This document shows, piece after piece, positions 9,079 to 19,915 of a stretch of DNA of 64,000 nt. A program made the translations under genes and the position numbers. A model generated the notes under the pieces. That model was not told the origin of the DNA, did not search any database, and was given only the letters and a program-made list of their open reading frames with translations. Position 1 is the first letter of the stretch. Each line of letters opens with the position of its first letter. The stretch comes from an uncultured Candidatus Saccharibacteria bacterium (GTDB taxonomy: Bacteria; Patescibacteriota; Minisyncoccia; Phycocordibacterales; JABMNX01), in NCBI GenBank assembly GCA_964575755.1, contig CAZNRH010000001.1, positions 17,100 to 81,099 on the forward strand, read 5' to 3'.

Positions 9079-10142
9079 AAAGAGAAGTAAAAAGGGTTAT
9101 ATATTTCAATAGTGGAGCAGTTGGAGAATTTCTTATGACGTTGTTTTTTATGATGAATATTAAGTCAGATCCTGCCAGCGACTCGCCAGAGTTCATAGTA
9201 TTTGTGCAGAAGAATAAAGGTGTTTTGATTGAACTAGCTGAGTTATTTTTCCCTTCTGTTAAAATAATCATTATAAATAAGAGGGATTTCATACATGGAG
9301 GGTTCAGTATTTTACGGTACATGTTTTCAAAAAACTGTATTGTGACACAGATGACCTTTGGGCAAGAGCGCACCATAGTAAAGGTTCTCGCACATCTCAT
9401 GGCTTTACGTAGTGGAAGTGTCTATATTGGTTGCAATGATGGTGTCAAGGTGAATAAGTATCTTTACTCACGTTTCTTTAACTTTAATCCAGATATATTA
9501 TTTTATGAGACTATGAATGAAATAGTAAAAGAGCTTGGTTTCATCCCTCATATTTCTTTCCCATATTTTAAGAGAGTTAAAGACCTTAGTAAGACAGAGC
9601 AGATAATATTAGAGAAATATGTTCTAAAAGAAAATAATTATCTCGTCCTGCATCCATTTGCGGCGAATTCACATCGTTCTTTCCCTGCTAGACGTTGGAA
9701 TGATATCATCAATAGTGTACTTAACGAACATAGTGACATAAAGATAGTTGTAACTGGTGCTCCTTCAGACGATAGCTTCGCTAGGGATATTTTATCAGGA
9801 ATCAATGATGAAAGAATTGTGAACCTTGTAGGAGTATTATCCATGGATGAACTTGTTTCTGTAATTAAACAGGCAAGTCTTTTTATAGGTGTTGATTCAG
9901 GAATTACGCACTTAGCTGGGGTACTACAAAAAAAGAGCGTGGTAATTGGTAATTATTCGAACCCTTGCTGGTTACCAGTATATAATAAACAAGCTGTCAT
10001 TCTTTTAAATCGCGACAGATGCGTTTGTAGTGGCAGAAAGACAGGGGATTGCTTCGTTCTCGATGGAGGTAATAAATATTACAGATGTATGATGGACATA
10101 AAAGATGAGAATATACTTAATTCTATACATCGGGTTTTGTAA
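9075..10142 (+). CDS. Glycosyltransferase family 9 (heptosyltransferase-like)
   Basis: LVLHPFAANSHRSFPARRWNDI...VGVLSMDELVSVIKQASLFIGVDSGITHLAGVL matches the GT9 signature (K.Wp...l.G...e...gk.sl.el.ali..a.l.vg.DSG.mHlAaA). Cys-rich C-terminus. Confidence 0.55.
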   Translation: MKREVKRVIYFNSGAVGEFLMTLFFMMNIKSDPASDSPEFIVFVQKNKGVLIELAELFFPSVKIIIINKRDFIHGGFSILRYMFSKNCIVTQMTFGQERTIVKVLAHLMALRSGSVYIGCNDGVKVNKYLYSRFFNFNPDILFYETMNEIVKELGFIPHISFPYFKRVKDLSKTEQIILEKYVLKENNYLVLHPFAANSHRSFPARRWNDIINSVLNEHSDIKIVVTGAPSDDSFARDILSGINDERIVNLVGVLSMDELVSVIKQASLFIGVDSGITHLAGVLQKKSVVIGNYSNPCWLPVYNKQAVILLNRDRCVCSGRKTGDCFVLDGGNKYYRCMMDIKDENILNSIHRVL

Positions 10143-10243
10143 TTAGTGCATGCTTTTTATGCTCGACCGTTGATACTTGTTACTTTTTCTTTCAAGTTCA
10201 TGTTTAAGAGGTTTATAGACTACTAAGTTAATCAAAGATATTT

Positions 10244-11344
10244 ATGAGTGACAGCAAAGAAAAGAATGTTATTTCATTATATATACCAAAATACTTGATT
10301 CAAGACGAAGGATATCATTACTCTATATTACTGTACCCTTTTTGGGGAGTGCAAAACATGAAAGACAGGTTTGCAAGTATTGAGACGTTTAAAAGACAAA
10401 ATTTTGATTCCTCGTATTACAGTCTTACTGAAGACAGTGATTCCGCAGATTATGTATTTCTGCCATACAGTTATTGGTATCTTATGAGACGTAACCCTAA
10501 ATTGATTTCGTTATACATGAAGGAAGCTAGGTTGCTAAACAAACCACTTTTGATAGATGCAATTGGAGATTCGATGAAAGAAATCACTATTCCAAATAGT
10601 GTAGTTTTACGATATGCGTCATATAGGAAAATTCTAAAGGATAACGATGTTATAGTACCAGTTTTTTCAGATGATTTGCTAGTAGCGCATAAAGGAGGAG
10701 AGCTTATAATAAAAGAAAAATCTAAGAAACCTATTATTGGGTTTAGCGGATGGGTTTCGTTTACCTTTTTAACGTTACCACGTTCGTATATTAGAAATGC
10801 GCACTTGCTTTTTTTAGGAATGTTTATACCATACTTTAGAGCACGTATAAAAGGAATTTTCCTTCGTAAGAAGGTCCTTAATATATTAAAGAAATCAAAA
10901 TTGATTGTACCTAACTTTCAAGAGAGAGAATCATACTCAGGAAATTCAAAAACAGCAAAAGGTGATGTAAATATATTACGCAGGGAATTTGTTCAAAATA
11001 TTCTAGAGTCAGATTATACATTATGTATACGAGGAGATTCTAATCAGTCCACTCGCTTTTTTGAAGTACTATCTTTGGGTAGGATTCCGATTTTTGTGGA
11101 CACTGACATACCACTACCTTTAGAAGATAAAATAAACTACAAAGAGTTTTGTATTTTTGTCGACTATCGAGATATCGACAGAATTGATAAAATTATTAAC
11201 GAGTTTCACAATTCTATTTCATTTAATGAATTTGAAAATATGCAGAGAAAAGCCCGTAAGGCTTATGAGATGTATTTAAGGATGGACGTATATACAAAAT
11301 ACCTCATGGAGATTCTAAAAGAAAAGTCTAAAAATAAGGCTTGA
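10244..11344 (+). CDS. Exostosin-like (GT47-like) glycosyltransferase, putative
   Basis: CIRGDSNQSTRFFEVLSLGRIPIFVDTDIPLPLEDKINYKEFCIFVD resembles the exostosin C-terminal motif (RL.EAL..GCIPVI..D...LPF...iDw..fsv.v). Confidence 0.4.
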   Translation: MSDSKEKNVISLYIPKYLIQDEGYHYSILLYPFWGVQNMKDRFASIETFKRQNFDSSYYSLTEDSDSADYVFLPYSYWYLMRRNPKLISLYMKEARLLNKPLLIDAIGDSMKEITIPNSVVLRYASYRKILKDNDVIVPVFSDDLLVAHKGGELIIKEKSKKPIIGFSGWVSFTFLTLPRSYIRNAHLLFLGMFIPYFRARIKGIFLRKKVLNILKKSKLIVPNFQERESYSGNSKTAKGDVNILRREFVQNILESDYTLCIRGDSNQSTRFFEVLSLGRIPIFVDTDIPLPLEDKINYKEFCIFVDYRDIDRIDKIINEFHNSISFNEFENMQRKARKAYEMYLRMDVYTKYLMEILKEKSKNKA

Positions 11345-11376
11345 TATAGTCTTTATTGACAGCTATACTCACTTCC

Positions 11377-13032
11377 ATGAACATACTCGCTATAAATCAG
11401 ATTCCAAGCCAAATTTCATGGCAGCACGATAGTGCGGCAGCTTTAGTTATGGATGGTAAATTTATAGCCACAGCTGAAGAAGAGCGTTTTAATCGCCTTC
11501 GTCATGCTAGGGGATATCCTAAATTAGCTGTTGAATATTGTTTAAAAGAGGGTGGTATTAAAATGAGAGATGTTGATATTATAGCCGTAGCATACGATCC
11601 ACTAGCTTTTGTTAAGACTGGAAGGATAAACTTATACCCAACAAACTTTATTAAAGATATAGTAAATTATATTTTCTTTGCTATATATCTACATGACTTA
11701 AAAAAGCAATGTGGAGCAAGGGTTGAGTATATAAATCACCATCTATCACATGCTGCGAGTGCATATCGTTGCTCTGGGTTTAAAGACGCAAATATATTAA
11801 CCATTGATGGATCAGGAGAAACAGAAAGTTTTGCTTTCTTTAAAGGGAAAGGAGGAAAATTAGAGAGAGTGTGGGACATACCTCTAGGTGGGAGATTTAC
11901 GGAGAAGAAGTGGGGTTCAATTGGTCTCGTATATTCTCGTCTTACTAACTTCTTGAATCTCGGAGTACACGGAGAAGGAAAAACAATGGGACTAGCAAGT
12001 TATGGGGAACCAAAATATGATTTTTCGACAATTTTAAATATTAAAGATCATAAACATTACAAAATAGATCGCAGAAACATAGAAAAGTTGTACGGAAATC
12101 TAGAAAGGAAAGATGGTGAAGAATTAACCCAAGAACATAAAGACTTAGCAGCGAGCCTACAAAAAGCACTAGAAGATTCAGTTGTGAATCTGGCTAGAGA
12201 GGCGTATGAAAAAACTGGTATTAGGAATTTTTGCTTGGCTGGTGGGGTCACGCTTAACTGTAATACTAATAGTAAGCTTTTGGAGCAGGATTTTTGTGAC
12301 AAGTTATTTATACAACCAGCAGCACATGATGGGGGAATATCACTTGGTGCAGCATTGGAAGTCTCTTATATAGTAGGGGACAACCCAGACTTTAATCTTA
12401 TTCATGCATATTGGGGGCCAGGGTTCTCAAATGAAGAAATAGAAGAGGTTCTTAAAAACGCAAAAGTAGAGTATAAATATCATAATAATATTGAAGAAAT
12501 TACTGCAAAATATGTAACAGACGGTAATATGGTCGGTTGGTTTCAAGGACGTATGGAAATGGGTCCAAGAGCTTTGGGTAACAGGACGATTCTTGCCGAT
12601 CCGACGATAAAAGATATAGCAGATAAGGTAAATGTCGAAATAAAACACAGAGAAGTATGGAGACCTTTCGCACCCTCTGTTGCTGAAGAAAGTGCGACAA
12701 AATTCTTTGAAGGAGTAGATAAGGCAAAAGACAGCCCTTTCATGCTACATACTTTTTATATAAAAGATAAATACAAAGATACTTTCCCTGCAATTACTCA
12801 TGTAGATGGCAGTAGTAGGATACAAACAGTGAGAAAAGAACAAAATGAAAAATATTATAAACTTCTAAAGGAAATAGAGAAGATTAATGGTTATCCAATG
12901 ACTTTGAATACCTCATTTAATGACAATGGTGAGCCAATTGTGTGTACTCCAAGAGACGCTCTTCGTTGTTTCTTCTCAACAGGCTTCGATGTTTTAGTAA
13001 TCGGGGATTATCTTGTAAAGAAAAATGGATAA
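11377..13032 (+). CDS. Carbamoyltransferase (NodU/CmcH/TobZ family)
   Basis: N-terminus MNILAINQ...HDSAAALV.DGK.IA.AEEERFNR.RHARGYP...HHLSHAASAY is the hallmark of the O-carbamoyltransferase kinase-like domain, followed by a large C-terminal domain. Start moved to the ATG at 11377. Confidence 0.8.
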   Translation: MNILAINQIPSQISWQHDSAAALVMDGKFIATAEEERFNRLRHARGYPKLAVEYCLKEGGIKMRDVDIIAVAYDPLAFVKTGRINLYPTNFIKDIVNYIFFAIYLHDLKKQCGARVEYINHHLSHAASAYRCSGFKDANILTIDGSGETESFAFFKGKGGKLERVWDIPLGGRFTEKKWGSIGLVYSRLTNFLNLGVHGEGKTMGLASYGEPKYDFSTILNIKDHKHYKIDRRNIEKLYGNLERKDGEELTQEHKDLAASLQKALEDSVVNLAREAYEKTGIRNFCLAGGVTLNCNTNSKLLEQDFCDKLFIQPAAHDGGISLGAALEVSYIVGDNPDFNLIHAYWGPGFSNEEIEEVLKNAKVEYKYHNNIEEITAKYVTDGNMVGWFQGRMEMGPRALGNRTILADPTIKDIADKVNVEIKHREVWRPFAPSVAEESATKFFEGVDKAKDSPFMLHTFYIKDKYKDTFPAITHVDGSSRIQTVRKEQNEKYYKLLKEIEKINGYPMTLNTSFNDNGEPIVCTPRDALRCFFSTGFDVLVIGDYLVKKNG

Positions 13033-13894
13033 AAATTTTAATATTGATTTTATAGGAGTTGGTTTTTCTCGTTGTGGCACTACGTGGATTGCTAAATGTT
13101 TACAGGAGCATCCAGAGATTTGCACGCCAGAATGGAAAGAGACTCATTTCTTTGATTTTGACTATAATTACAATAAAGGGCTAGATTTCTATAAATCTTT
13201 TTTTAAGGATTGTGAAGGAAAAGTCACAGGAGAATATTGCCCTGAATATATTTATGAAGAGAAAGCACTTCAAAGGATAAAGAAACATTTTCCTAATGCT
13301 AAAATTATCGTCTCTGTTCGTAATCCAACTGATCGTGCATTCTCTCATTTTTTATACGGTAAAAGAAAAAATAAATACGCAAATGAATTCAGTGAATTAT
13401 TTAAAACAGATCCTCGTGAAGTAATTGATAGAAGTAAGTATGCAGAATATATAACTACGGCGTATAAATATTTTGCTCCGAAGAACGTACTCATAGTTGT
13501 TCACGATGACTATAAAAATAATCCGAAAGAATTTATACAAAACATGTATAAGTTTCTTGAAGTAGATGGTGAATTTATACCACCATCGCTATTAATTGAG
13601 ATGAATAAATCAAAAGATTTACGGTATAAATTTAATTGGTTTGAACAATTATTTACAGATAGAATGAGAAAAAAGAAGCGCTTATTTTGGAGAATTATAA
13701 TAGGAGTTTTGAAGTTCTTTAAGATTAGCTCACTTCTTATTTTTTTAAGAGGGGAAAATAAAAACACTAATTCTTCTAACGAAGATGAGTTTATTTCAAA
13801 TAACGACAGAAATAGATTAAGAAAAATATATAAAAATGATATCGAAAGCCTAGAAAAAATATTAAAAAGAGACTTAAGTGTATGGAAAAATTAA
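13025..13894 (+). CDS. Sulfotransferase family protein
   Basis: 5'-PSB motif GVGFSRCGTTWIAKCL and 3'-PB motif VRNPTDRAFSHF. Confidence 0.7.
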   Translation: MDKNFNIDFIGVGFSRCGTTWIAKCLQEHPEICTPEWKETHFFDFDYNYNKGLDFYKSFFKDCEGKVTGEYCPEYIYEEKALQRIKKHFPNAKIIVSVRNPTDRAFSHFLYGKRKNKYANEFSELFKTDPREVIDRSKYAEYITTAYKYFAPKNVLIVVHDDYKNNPKEFIQNMYKFLEVDGEFIPPSLLIEMNKSKDLRYKFNWFEQLFTDRMRKKKRLFWRIIIGVLKFFKISSLLIFLRGENKNTNSSNEDEFISNNDRNRLRKIYKNDIESLEKILKRDLSVWKN

Positions 13895-15039
13895 AAAATC
13901 CAAACAGAAATATCTTTCTTATATATCAAGGACGTTTTCCTAGTGAAATGGCCGCAGCCCTGTTTGCTGCAAAAAGTTGCGAGTCCTTTGCTGAAGTTGA
14001 CAATAAAGTAACAATGTTAGTTCCACGCAGATTAGGTAGAGTTAAAGATGATCCTTTTAAATACTATAAAATTAAGAATAATTTTAAAGTAGTACATCTC
14101 CCAGTTATTGATTTATTCAAAGTTCCATTCTTAAATTATGTAGCATTTGTTTTGAATCACATTACGTTCGCGGTATCGTGTCTAGTTTACTTGCTTTTGC
14201 GTGCCAATAAAGAAGATGTTATTTATTCAAATGAAACGTTACCACTACTTCTCCCTGCTTATTTTTTTAAGAATTCATTATATGAAGTACATAATTATCC
14301 AGAAAGAAATCTCTTCATGTATAAAAGACTTTTTGCACACATGAGATGGATTCTGGTAACTAATAGGTGGAAATTAGAAAAATTAGTAGAGCAATTTAAT
14401 TTACCACAAGGGAAATCATTTTATGAGCCAAATGCTGTTGAAATAGAGGAATTCGATATCCCAGTTTTTAAAGAGGAAGCCCGTAGGAAACTCAACCTCT
14501 CAATTAATAAAAAACTCGTAGTCTATACAGGGCATCTATATAGCTGGAAGGGAGCTGATACACTTGCGCATGCCGCTACATTACTTACAGATGACTACTC
14601 AGTACTCTTTGTGGGCGGAACGAAACATGACCTTAAAAGGTTTAAAGATGAATTTGGCAGTATAACGAATGTACAGTTTATTGGACATCGTCCACATCCA
14701 GAGGTTCCATTATGGCAAAAAGCAGCAGATGTATTAGTTCTTCCAAACACTGCAAAAGAAGATATTTCAAAATACTACACTTCTCCAATGAAGCTTTTTG
14801 AATATATGGCGAGTAAGCGTCCAATAGTTGCTTCGCGTATACCCTCTATTGTTGAAATCCTTAATGATGAGAATGCTGTTTTGGTTGAGCCAGATAACCA
14901 CAAAGCACTTTCTGATGGTATTATGAAGGTGTTAAACGATGGATCATTGTCAAAACGTCTTAATAGTAAAGCTTTTAAGGACATACAGTTTCACTCGTGG
15001 CACGCACGCGCCTTGCGCATAATGAAGGAAATAAATTAA
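13882..15039 (+). CDS. Glycosyltransferase family 4
   Basis: VVYTGHLYSWKGADTL ... EYMASKRPIVASRIPSIVEIL. Confidence 0.75.
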   Translation: MEKLKNPNRNIFLIYQGRFPSEMAAALFAAKSCESFAEVDNKVTMLVPRRLGRVKDDPFKYYKIKNNFKVVHLPVIDLFKVPFLNYVAFVLNHITFAVSCLVYLLLRANKEDVIYSNETLPLLLPAYFFKNSLYEVHNYPERNLFMYKRLFAHMRWILVTNRWKLEKLVEQFNLPQGKSFYEPNAVEIEEFDIPVFKEEARRKLNLSINKKLVVYTGHLYSWKGADTLAHAATLLTDDYSVLFVGGTKHDLKRFKDEFGSITNVQFIGHRPHPEVPLWQKAADVLVLPNTAKEDISKYYTSPMKLFEYMASKRPIVASRIPSIVEILNDENAVLVEPDNHKALSDGIMKVLNDGSLSKRLNSKAFKDIQFHSWHARALRIMKEIN

Positions 15040-15047
15040 TTACATAT

Positions 15048-15701
15048 ATGCACAAAGAAGATTCTCAATTCATACTAAAACGCTTCGATGATGTAAACAA
15101 ATCAAAGACGTTTACTCATATACTAAAAGAACTTGATCTAGGAAATAAATCAGTTCTAGATATAGGATGCTCCCATGGCGAGTTCCTTGCCCGTTTTGGC
15201 ACTGGGAGTGTTGGGTTGACAATTTCCCCTGAAGAAGTAGATTATGGAAAAGGGAAAGGTCTAGATATACGAGTTGGAAACATTGAGTCTAGTGATGTTC
15301 CGGTGAGTGAAACATTCGATGTAATTTTTGCAAATAACATACTTGAACACCTATATTCTCCTCACGGATTCCTAGTTGATATTAAGAAATATTTGAAGGA
15401 AGATGGGGTCTTGATACTAGGAGTTCCAATAATTCCAAAAGTCACTAGTTTACTTCGTTTGAAGAAATTCAGAGGAAGTCTTGCGGTGAGTCATATTAAT
15501 TTTTTTACTACCAAGACTCTCGAGAAGACTATTGAACGTGGAGGATGGAATATACTTCAATCCCGCAGTTTTAGGTTCTTTATTCGTATTTTTGACAGAA
15601 TCCTATATAGTATAACTCCACACATATACGTAGTTGCTACACTAAATAAAGACTTTAAATATCATGAGAAGCGATTAAAAGAGCTGGAGGGGTATAAATA
15701 A
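15048..15701 (+). CDS. Class I SAM-dependent methyltransferase
   Basis: VLDIGCSHGEFL motif I and DVIFANNILEHLYSPHGFL. ATG at 15048 chosen to avoid overlap with the upstream gene. Confidence 0.7.
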   Translation: MHKEDSQFILKRFDDVNKSKTFTHILKELDLGNKSVLDIGCSHGEFLARFGTGSVGLTISPEEVDYGKGKGLDIRVGNIESSDVPVSETFDVIFANNILEHLYSPHGFLVDIKKYLKEDGVLILGVPIIPKVTSLLRLKKFRGSLAVSHINFFTTKTLEKTIERGGWNILQSRSFRFFIRIFDRILYSITPHIYVVATLNKDFKYHEKRLKELEGYK

Positions 15702-15707
15702 GATTCT

Positions 15708-16541
15708 ATGTTTAAAAGGCTTTCAATTACATTTTCCGATATATCAAAGATTTTTTCAAAAAGATATCTGACTATTAGCGGAAAGATCAAGCTACTACAC
15801 ACGTATTGCTTAATCACGTTTAAAAGATTTATTGATGGTAGGTTATTAAAGGTAAAAAAACAAAAATTCCTTTCTTTTGTCGTAGAGTTCGAAAACTTTT
15901 CTGATTTCTATTGGACATTTAAAGAGATATTTATTGACGATGAATATTATTTTAAGTCTGAAAAAGAAGACCCTTTTATTATTGACTGCGGGGGAAATAT
16001 TGGACTAGCAACTCTGTATTTTAAATACTTATATCCAAAGGCTAAGATCCTTGTATTTGAAGCATTTCCAGAAAATGCTAAAATCCTTGGAAAAAATATT
16101 ACACTTAATAACTTAAACGGTGTTGAATTAGTTCAAAAAGCTGTTGGTGATGATGTTGGTGAATTAGAGATGTATGGAGATAATAGAGCTGCAACTATAT
16201 GTAAAGACATGGCAAGTACTCATGATAAAATTAGTAGTGTGAAGGTTCCCATAGTTAAATTATCTGAATATATTAAAGATGATGTGGATTTTCTAAAAAT
16301 GGATATAGAGGGTGCTGAGGGTGATGTGATTATGGAATTATCAGGAAATAATGTACTACATAAAATTAAACAGATAACGATGGAGTACCATACAATTTCT
16401 GGAGGTAACGTATTATCGGATCTTTTATCTTACTTGGAAGATAATAATTTCAAGGTATCGTTTATAAGTAATGTAAACAGGGTTACTGATCTGAATATGA
16501 GAAGTTTTTCTCATATGATGCTTGTGGCTGTGCGTAATTAG
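15708..16541 (+). CDS. FkbM-family methyltransferase
   Basis: IIDCGGNIGLATLYFKYLYPKAKILVFEAFPEN (Methyltransf_21 / FkbM motif). Confidence 0.7.
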   Translation: MFKRLSITFSDISKIFSKRYLTISGKIKLLHTYCLITFKRFIDGRLLKVKKQKFLSFVVEFENFSDFYWTFKEIFIDDEYYFKSEKEDPFIIDCGGNIGLATLYFKYLYPKAKILVFEAFPENAKILGKNITLNNLNGVELVQKAVGDDVGELEMYGDNRAATICKDMASTHDKISSVKVPIVKLSEYIKDDVDFLKMDIEGAEGDVIMELSGNNVLHKIKQITMEYHTISGGNVLSDLLSYLEDNNFKVSFISNVNRVTDLNMRSFSHMMLVAVRN

Positions 16542-16548
16542 TAAATAT

Positions 16549-17382
16549 ATGAAAAATATAATCCATAGGGTAGAAAGGTATTTCTCGGACAGCATACGAA
16601 TCGTTAAAGGTAAAAATTTAAATATATATAAGAAAGTTATACTTTTTTACTACTACACAAAAGTATCTATCGTTAATTTTTTAAATGGAAGAATAATAAA
16701 TTTAAAATCTATTAAGTTTTTGTCATTTCAGATATATTTCGACTCGATTTCAGAACTAGATATGTTGGTAGGGGAAGTGTTTGTCCACGAACCATATCAT
16801 TTTGAATCTACAAAAGATAACCCAGTTATATATGATTGTGGAGGAAATATAGGGATATCTGTTCTATATTTCAAATATTTATATCCCAAGGCTGAAATTA
16901 AAGTTTTTGAACCATCGCCCGAAGTATTTTCTACTCTTCAAAAAAATATAACAAATAATAATTTAGAAAAAGTAGAGGCATATAGTGTTGCTTTATCTGA
17001 TTCCGATGGAATTATTGATATATTTGTTCGCCAAGAAATGTCTCTAGCTACGACGACTGCGGATGAAGAAAGGCATGGTGGAATTAGAGTAAGTGTAGAG
17101 AAAAATAAATTATCGAATTTTATAGAAGGAGATGTGGATTTATTGAAAATGGATGTGCAGTTGTCTGAGGTTGCAGTATTTAATGACTTAGATGTATCGA
17201 GCACTATGAGAAATATCTCTCAGGTAATAATGGAATTTCATTACTCTCCAAGTAGTGAAAAAAATAAACTTTCTGCCATAATTAAAAATTTCGAGAAACA
17301 TAATTTTGATTACAAAATTGAATTCAACGCTGAAAAACTAGATGGTTTCAAAACATATATTATAAATGCTGTTAAAAAATAG
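16549..17382 (+). CDS. FkbM-family methyltransferase (tandem paralog)
   Basis: IYDCGGNIGISVLYFKYLYPKAEIKVFEPSPE. Paralogous to the upstream gene. Confidence 0.7.
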   Translation: MKNIIHRVERYFSDSIRIVKGKNLNIYKKVILFYYYTKVSIVNFLNGRIINLKSIKFLSFQIYFDSISELDMLVGEVFVHEPYHFESTKDNPVIYDCGGNIGISVLYFKYLYPKAEIKVFEPSPEVFSTLQKNITNNNLEKVEAYSVALSDSDGIIDIFVRQEMSLATTTADEERHGGIRVSVEKNKLSNFIEGDVDLLKMDVQLSEVAVFNDLDVSSTMRNISQVIMEFHYSPSSEKNKLSAIIKNFEKHNFDYKIEFNAEKLDGFKTYIINAVKK

Positions 17383-17384
17383 AT

Positions 17385-18752
17385 ATGAAAACAATCCTAA
17401 TAGTCATATCAAAAGACATTATTATAAGAAATATTTTCGACACCGATTTTTGGCCATCTCTAGTAAAAAATATTCTAAATACTCGTATTGTACTTCTTGT
17501 TGAAAAAGAAAAAGTAGAATATTTCCGAGAACGTTTTCGAGATGCGGACGACATTATAGGATATAAGAGAGAATCATATAGTGGATACAACAAGTTCTTA
17601 ATGTTTCTTGTTCGCACAGGAATTCGTTCACATAGCACTACTACATATAGGTGGCGTGCATATAAGCGAGGTCATACAGGTTTGCTGATTACATTGATAA
17701 AGAGCTTGATCTCCCAGACACTCGGTCGTATGCGTTTGTATAAGTATTTTATTCGTATACTCGTGATCCATATGCATATTTCAGATGAAATTAAGAATAT
17801 ATATAATGAAATAAATCCTGATATTATTTTCACTCCTTCTCTTATTGACACTGACTTTGATGTTCCGATTGCAGTTGAAGCGAGAAGGCTAGGAATTCAT
17901 GTGGTTGGTATGGTTCGCAGTTGGGATAATTTGAATAATCACGGATTACTTGCGTTTGTACCAGACAGATTTATTGTACAGAACGCATGGCTTAAAGGAT
18001 CCGCAGAAAAGTTCCAAGCTATACCGAAAGGTTTTATTAAGGATGTTGTTGGACTTCCTCACTATGATTTATATAAAGACACTTCACGATATATAAAATC
18101 TCGAGAAGAATTTTTTACACAATATGGACTTGATCTTAACAAAAAACTTATTCTATTAGGTGGTTCAGATTTTTATTATACAGAGGATGTTTTACCAAAA
18201 GTTATCAATAAGCTTATAGAATCTAAGCAGATTACGGAACCAGTTCAGGTCATATTTCGACCACATCCAGTATCACTTTTTAACATAAAAGAGTATAAAC
18301 TCAACGAGCTCAAGCACATTGCTCTAGACCCAACATTTGTTGATACAGGGACAGCAAAGTTTTCTAATGAAGAAAAATTTGTAAATTTAATGACACACTC
18401 AGATATTATTATAAATATCGCATCAACATTATCTATTGACGGGGCAGTATTCGATACCCCAGTAATTTGTATTAATTTTGACGATTCAGCTAGGAAACTT
18501 TCGAGATGGGAATCAGTTCATCGGTTATATGATACATTTGATCACTATGAACAGCTTGTAAAGACAGGAGGAGTTAGAACACCACAGTCTCACCAAGAGC
18601 TAGCAAAAGATATTAATGATTATTTAAAAGATCCATCAATAGATAAAGAAGGGCGAAAACAAATCCTAGAAAACTTCGTTGAGCCTTTTGATGGTAAAAC
18701 AAGCGAACGTTTAGCTACTATCCTTGTGAAAGAAACTAGTAATATTGTCTAG
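17385..18752 (+). CDS. Putative capsule/teichoic-acid-type polysaccharide biosynthesis transferase (KpsS/KpsC- or TagF-like); family assignment uncertain
   Basis: 455 aa soluble protein in the glycan locus next to nonulosonate genes. Contains an FRPHP motif reminiscent of the Capsule_synth/TagF HP motif. Weak similarity only. Confidence 0.3.
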   Translation: MKTILIVISKDIIIRNIFDTDFWPSLVKNILNTRIVLLVEKEKVEYFRERFRDADDIIGYKRESYSGYNKFLMFLVRTGIRSHSTTTYRWRAYKRGHTGLLITLIKSLISQTLGRMRLYKYFIRILVIHMHISDEIKNIYNEINPDIIFTPSLIDTDFDVPIAVEARRLGIHVVGMVRSWDNLNNHGLLAFVPDRFIVQNAWLKGSAEKFQAIPKGFIKDVVGLPHYDLYKDTSRYIKSREEFFTQYGLDLNKKLILLGGSDFYYTEDVLPKVINKLIESKQITEPVQVIFRPHPVSLFNIKEYKLNELKHIALDPTFVDTGTAKFSNEEKFVNLMTHSDIIINIASTLSIDGAVFDTPVICINFDDSARKLSRWESVHRLYDTFDHYEQLVKTGGVRTPQSHQELAKDINDYLKDPSIDKEGRKQILENFVEPFDGKTSERLATILVKETSNIV

Positions 18753-18834
18753 TTTGCAGATATGTAACCGTTTGATATCATTGAGTGTTATAAGTACTAA
18801 TAATTATGGATAAAAATCAACACACATACGTAAT

Positions 18835-19911
18835 ATGAATAATGAGTTATTTCAAGATTTATTTGTACTAGAGATAGCAAATAATCACTGGGGAGATATA
18901 AACAGAGGACTTCGTATCGTTCGCGAGTATGCACATATAGTAAAGAAGAACGATATTAAAGCAGCTATAAAGCTGCAGATTCGTGACGTGGAGTCTTTTA
19001 TACATAAAGATTATCTTCCAAGCGTAGAAGTTGATAGGGAAAAAGATAAAGAAATTACAAATGCTCCTGGGTCAAGTTCTAGGTATATTAAAAAAACACT
19101 TACTACAAAGCTTTCTAAAGAGAAATTTCAAAAACTAGTCGATGAAATAAAAACACACAACATGATTGTTATAGCAACTCCGTTTGACGAGAAATCAGTT
19201 GATTTATGTGTTGAGCTTGGTGTTGAGATTTTAAAGATAGCGAGTCAAGATGCAAACGACTGGACACTTATAGAAAAAATGGTTTCTGTACATATACCGA
19301 CCATAATATCCAATGGGGGAACTGGAATAAAGGACCTAGATCGCGTTGTTGGTATTTTTAAAGACGAGGACATACCACTTGCAGTTAATCATTGTGTATC
19401 ATTATATCCATCTGAAGACAACGAACTAGACCTTCATCAAATAGATTTTCTTAAAAAGCGTTATCCTAATCATGTTATTGGGTTTTCTACGCATGAATAC
19501 AATGACTGGTACTCATCGGTAATGATGGCATATGCTAAAGGTGCACGCACATTTGAGCGACATGTTGATATAGAGGCAGACGGGATTCCTGTGTCAAAAT
19601 ACTGTTCAATACCACGACAGGTAGATGAGTGGTTTAAGGCGTATCTTAAAGCAAAGGAAATGTGTGGCAGGGAAGGAATGGGTGAGCGTATTATTCCTGA
19701 AAAGGAGCAAGAATATGTTAAAAGTGTTTCCAGAGGAGTTTATGCGTTGAGAGATTTACCTAAAGGGTATACGATAAATAAAGAAGGAATCGATAAAGAT
19801 TTCTATTTTGCGATCCCTCTTCTTAGTAATCAGTATTCTTCACGTGAGATGGGTGATGCAATCGTACTACAAGACCAAGTAAGGGAAAACTCTCCTGTTT
19901 TAAAAAAATAA
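18835..19911 (+). CDS. Nonulosonic (sialic/pseudaminic/legionaminic) acid synthase, NeuB family
   Basis: LEIANNHWGDINRGLRIVREYA...IKLQ, ILKIASQD and a C-terminal SAF-like region. NeuB TIM-barrel signature. Confidence 0.7.
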   Translation: MNNELFQDLFVLEIANNHWGDINRGLRIVREYAHIVKKNDIKAAIKLQIRDVESFIHKDYLPSVEVDREKDKEITNAPGSSSRYIKKTLTTKLSKEKFQKLVDEIKTHNMIVIATPFDEKSVDLCVELGVEILKIASQDANDWTLIEKMVSVHIPTIISNGGTGIKDLDRVVGIFKDEDIPLAVNHCVSLYPSEDNELDLHQIDFLKKRYPNHVIGFSTHEYNDWYSSVMMAYAKGARTFERHVDIEADGIPVSKYCSIPRQVDEWFKAYLKAKEMCGREGMGERIIPEKEQEYVKSVSRGVYALRDLPKGYTINKEGIDKDFYFAIPLLSNQYSSREMGDAIVLQDQVRENSPVLKK

Positions 19912-19915
19912 TTAT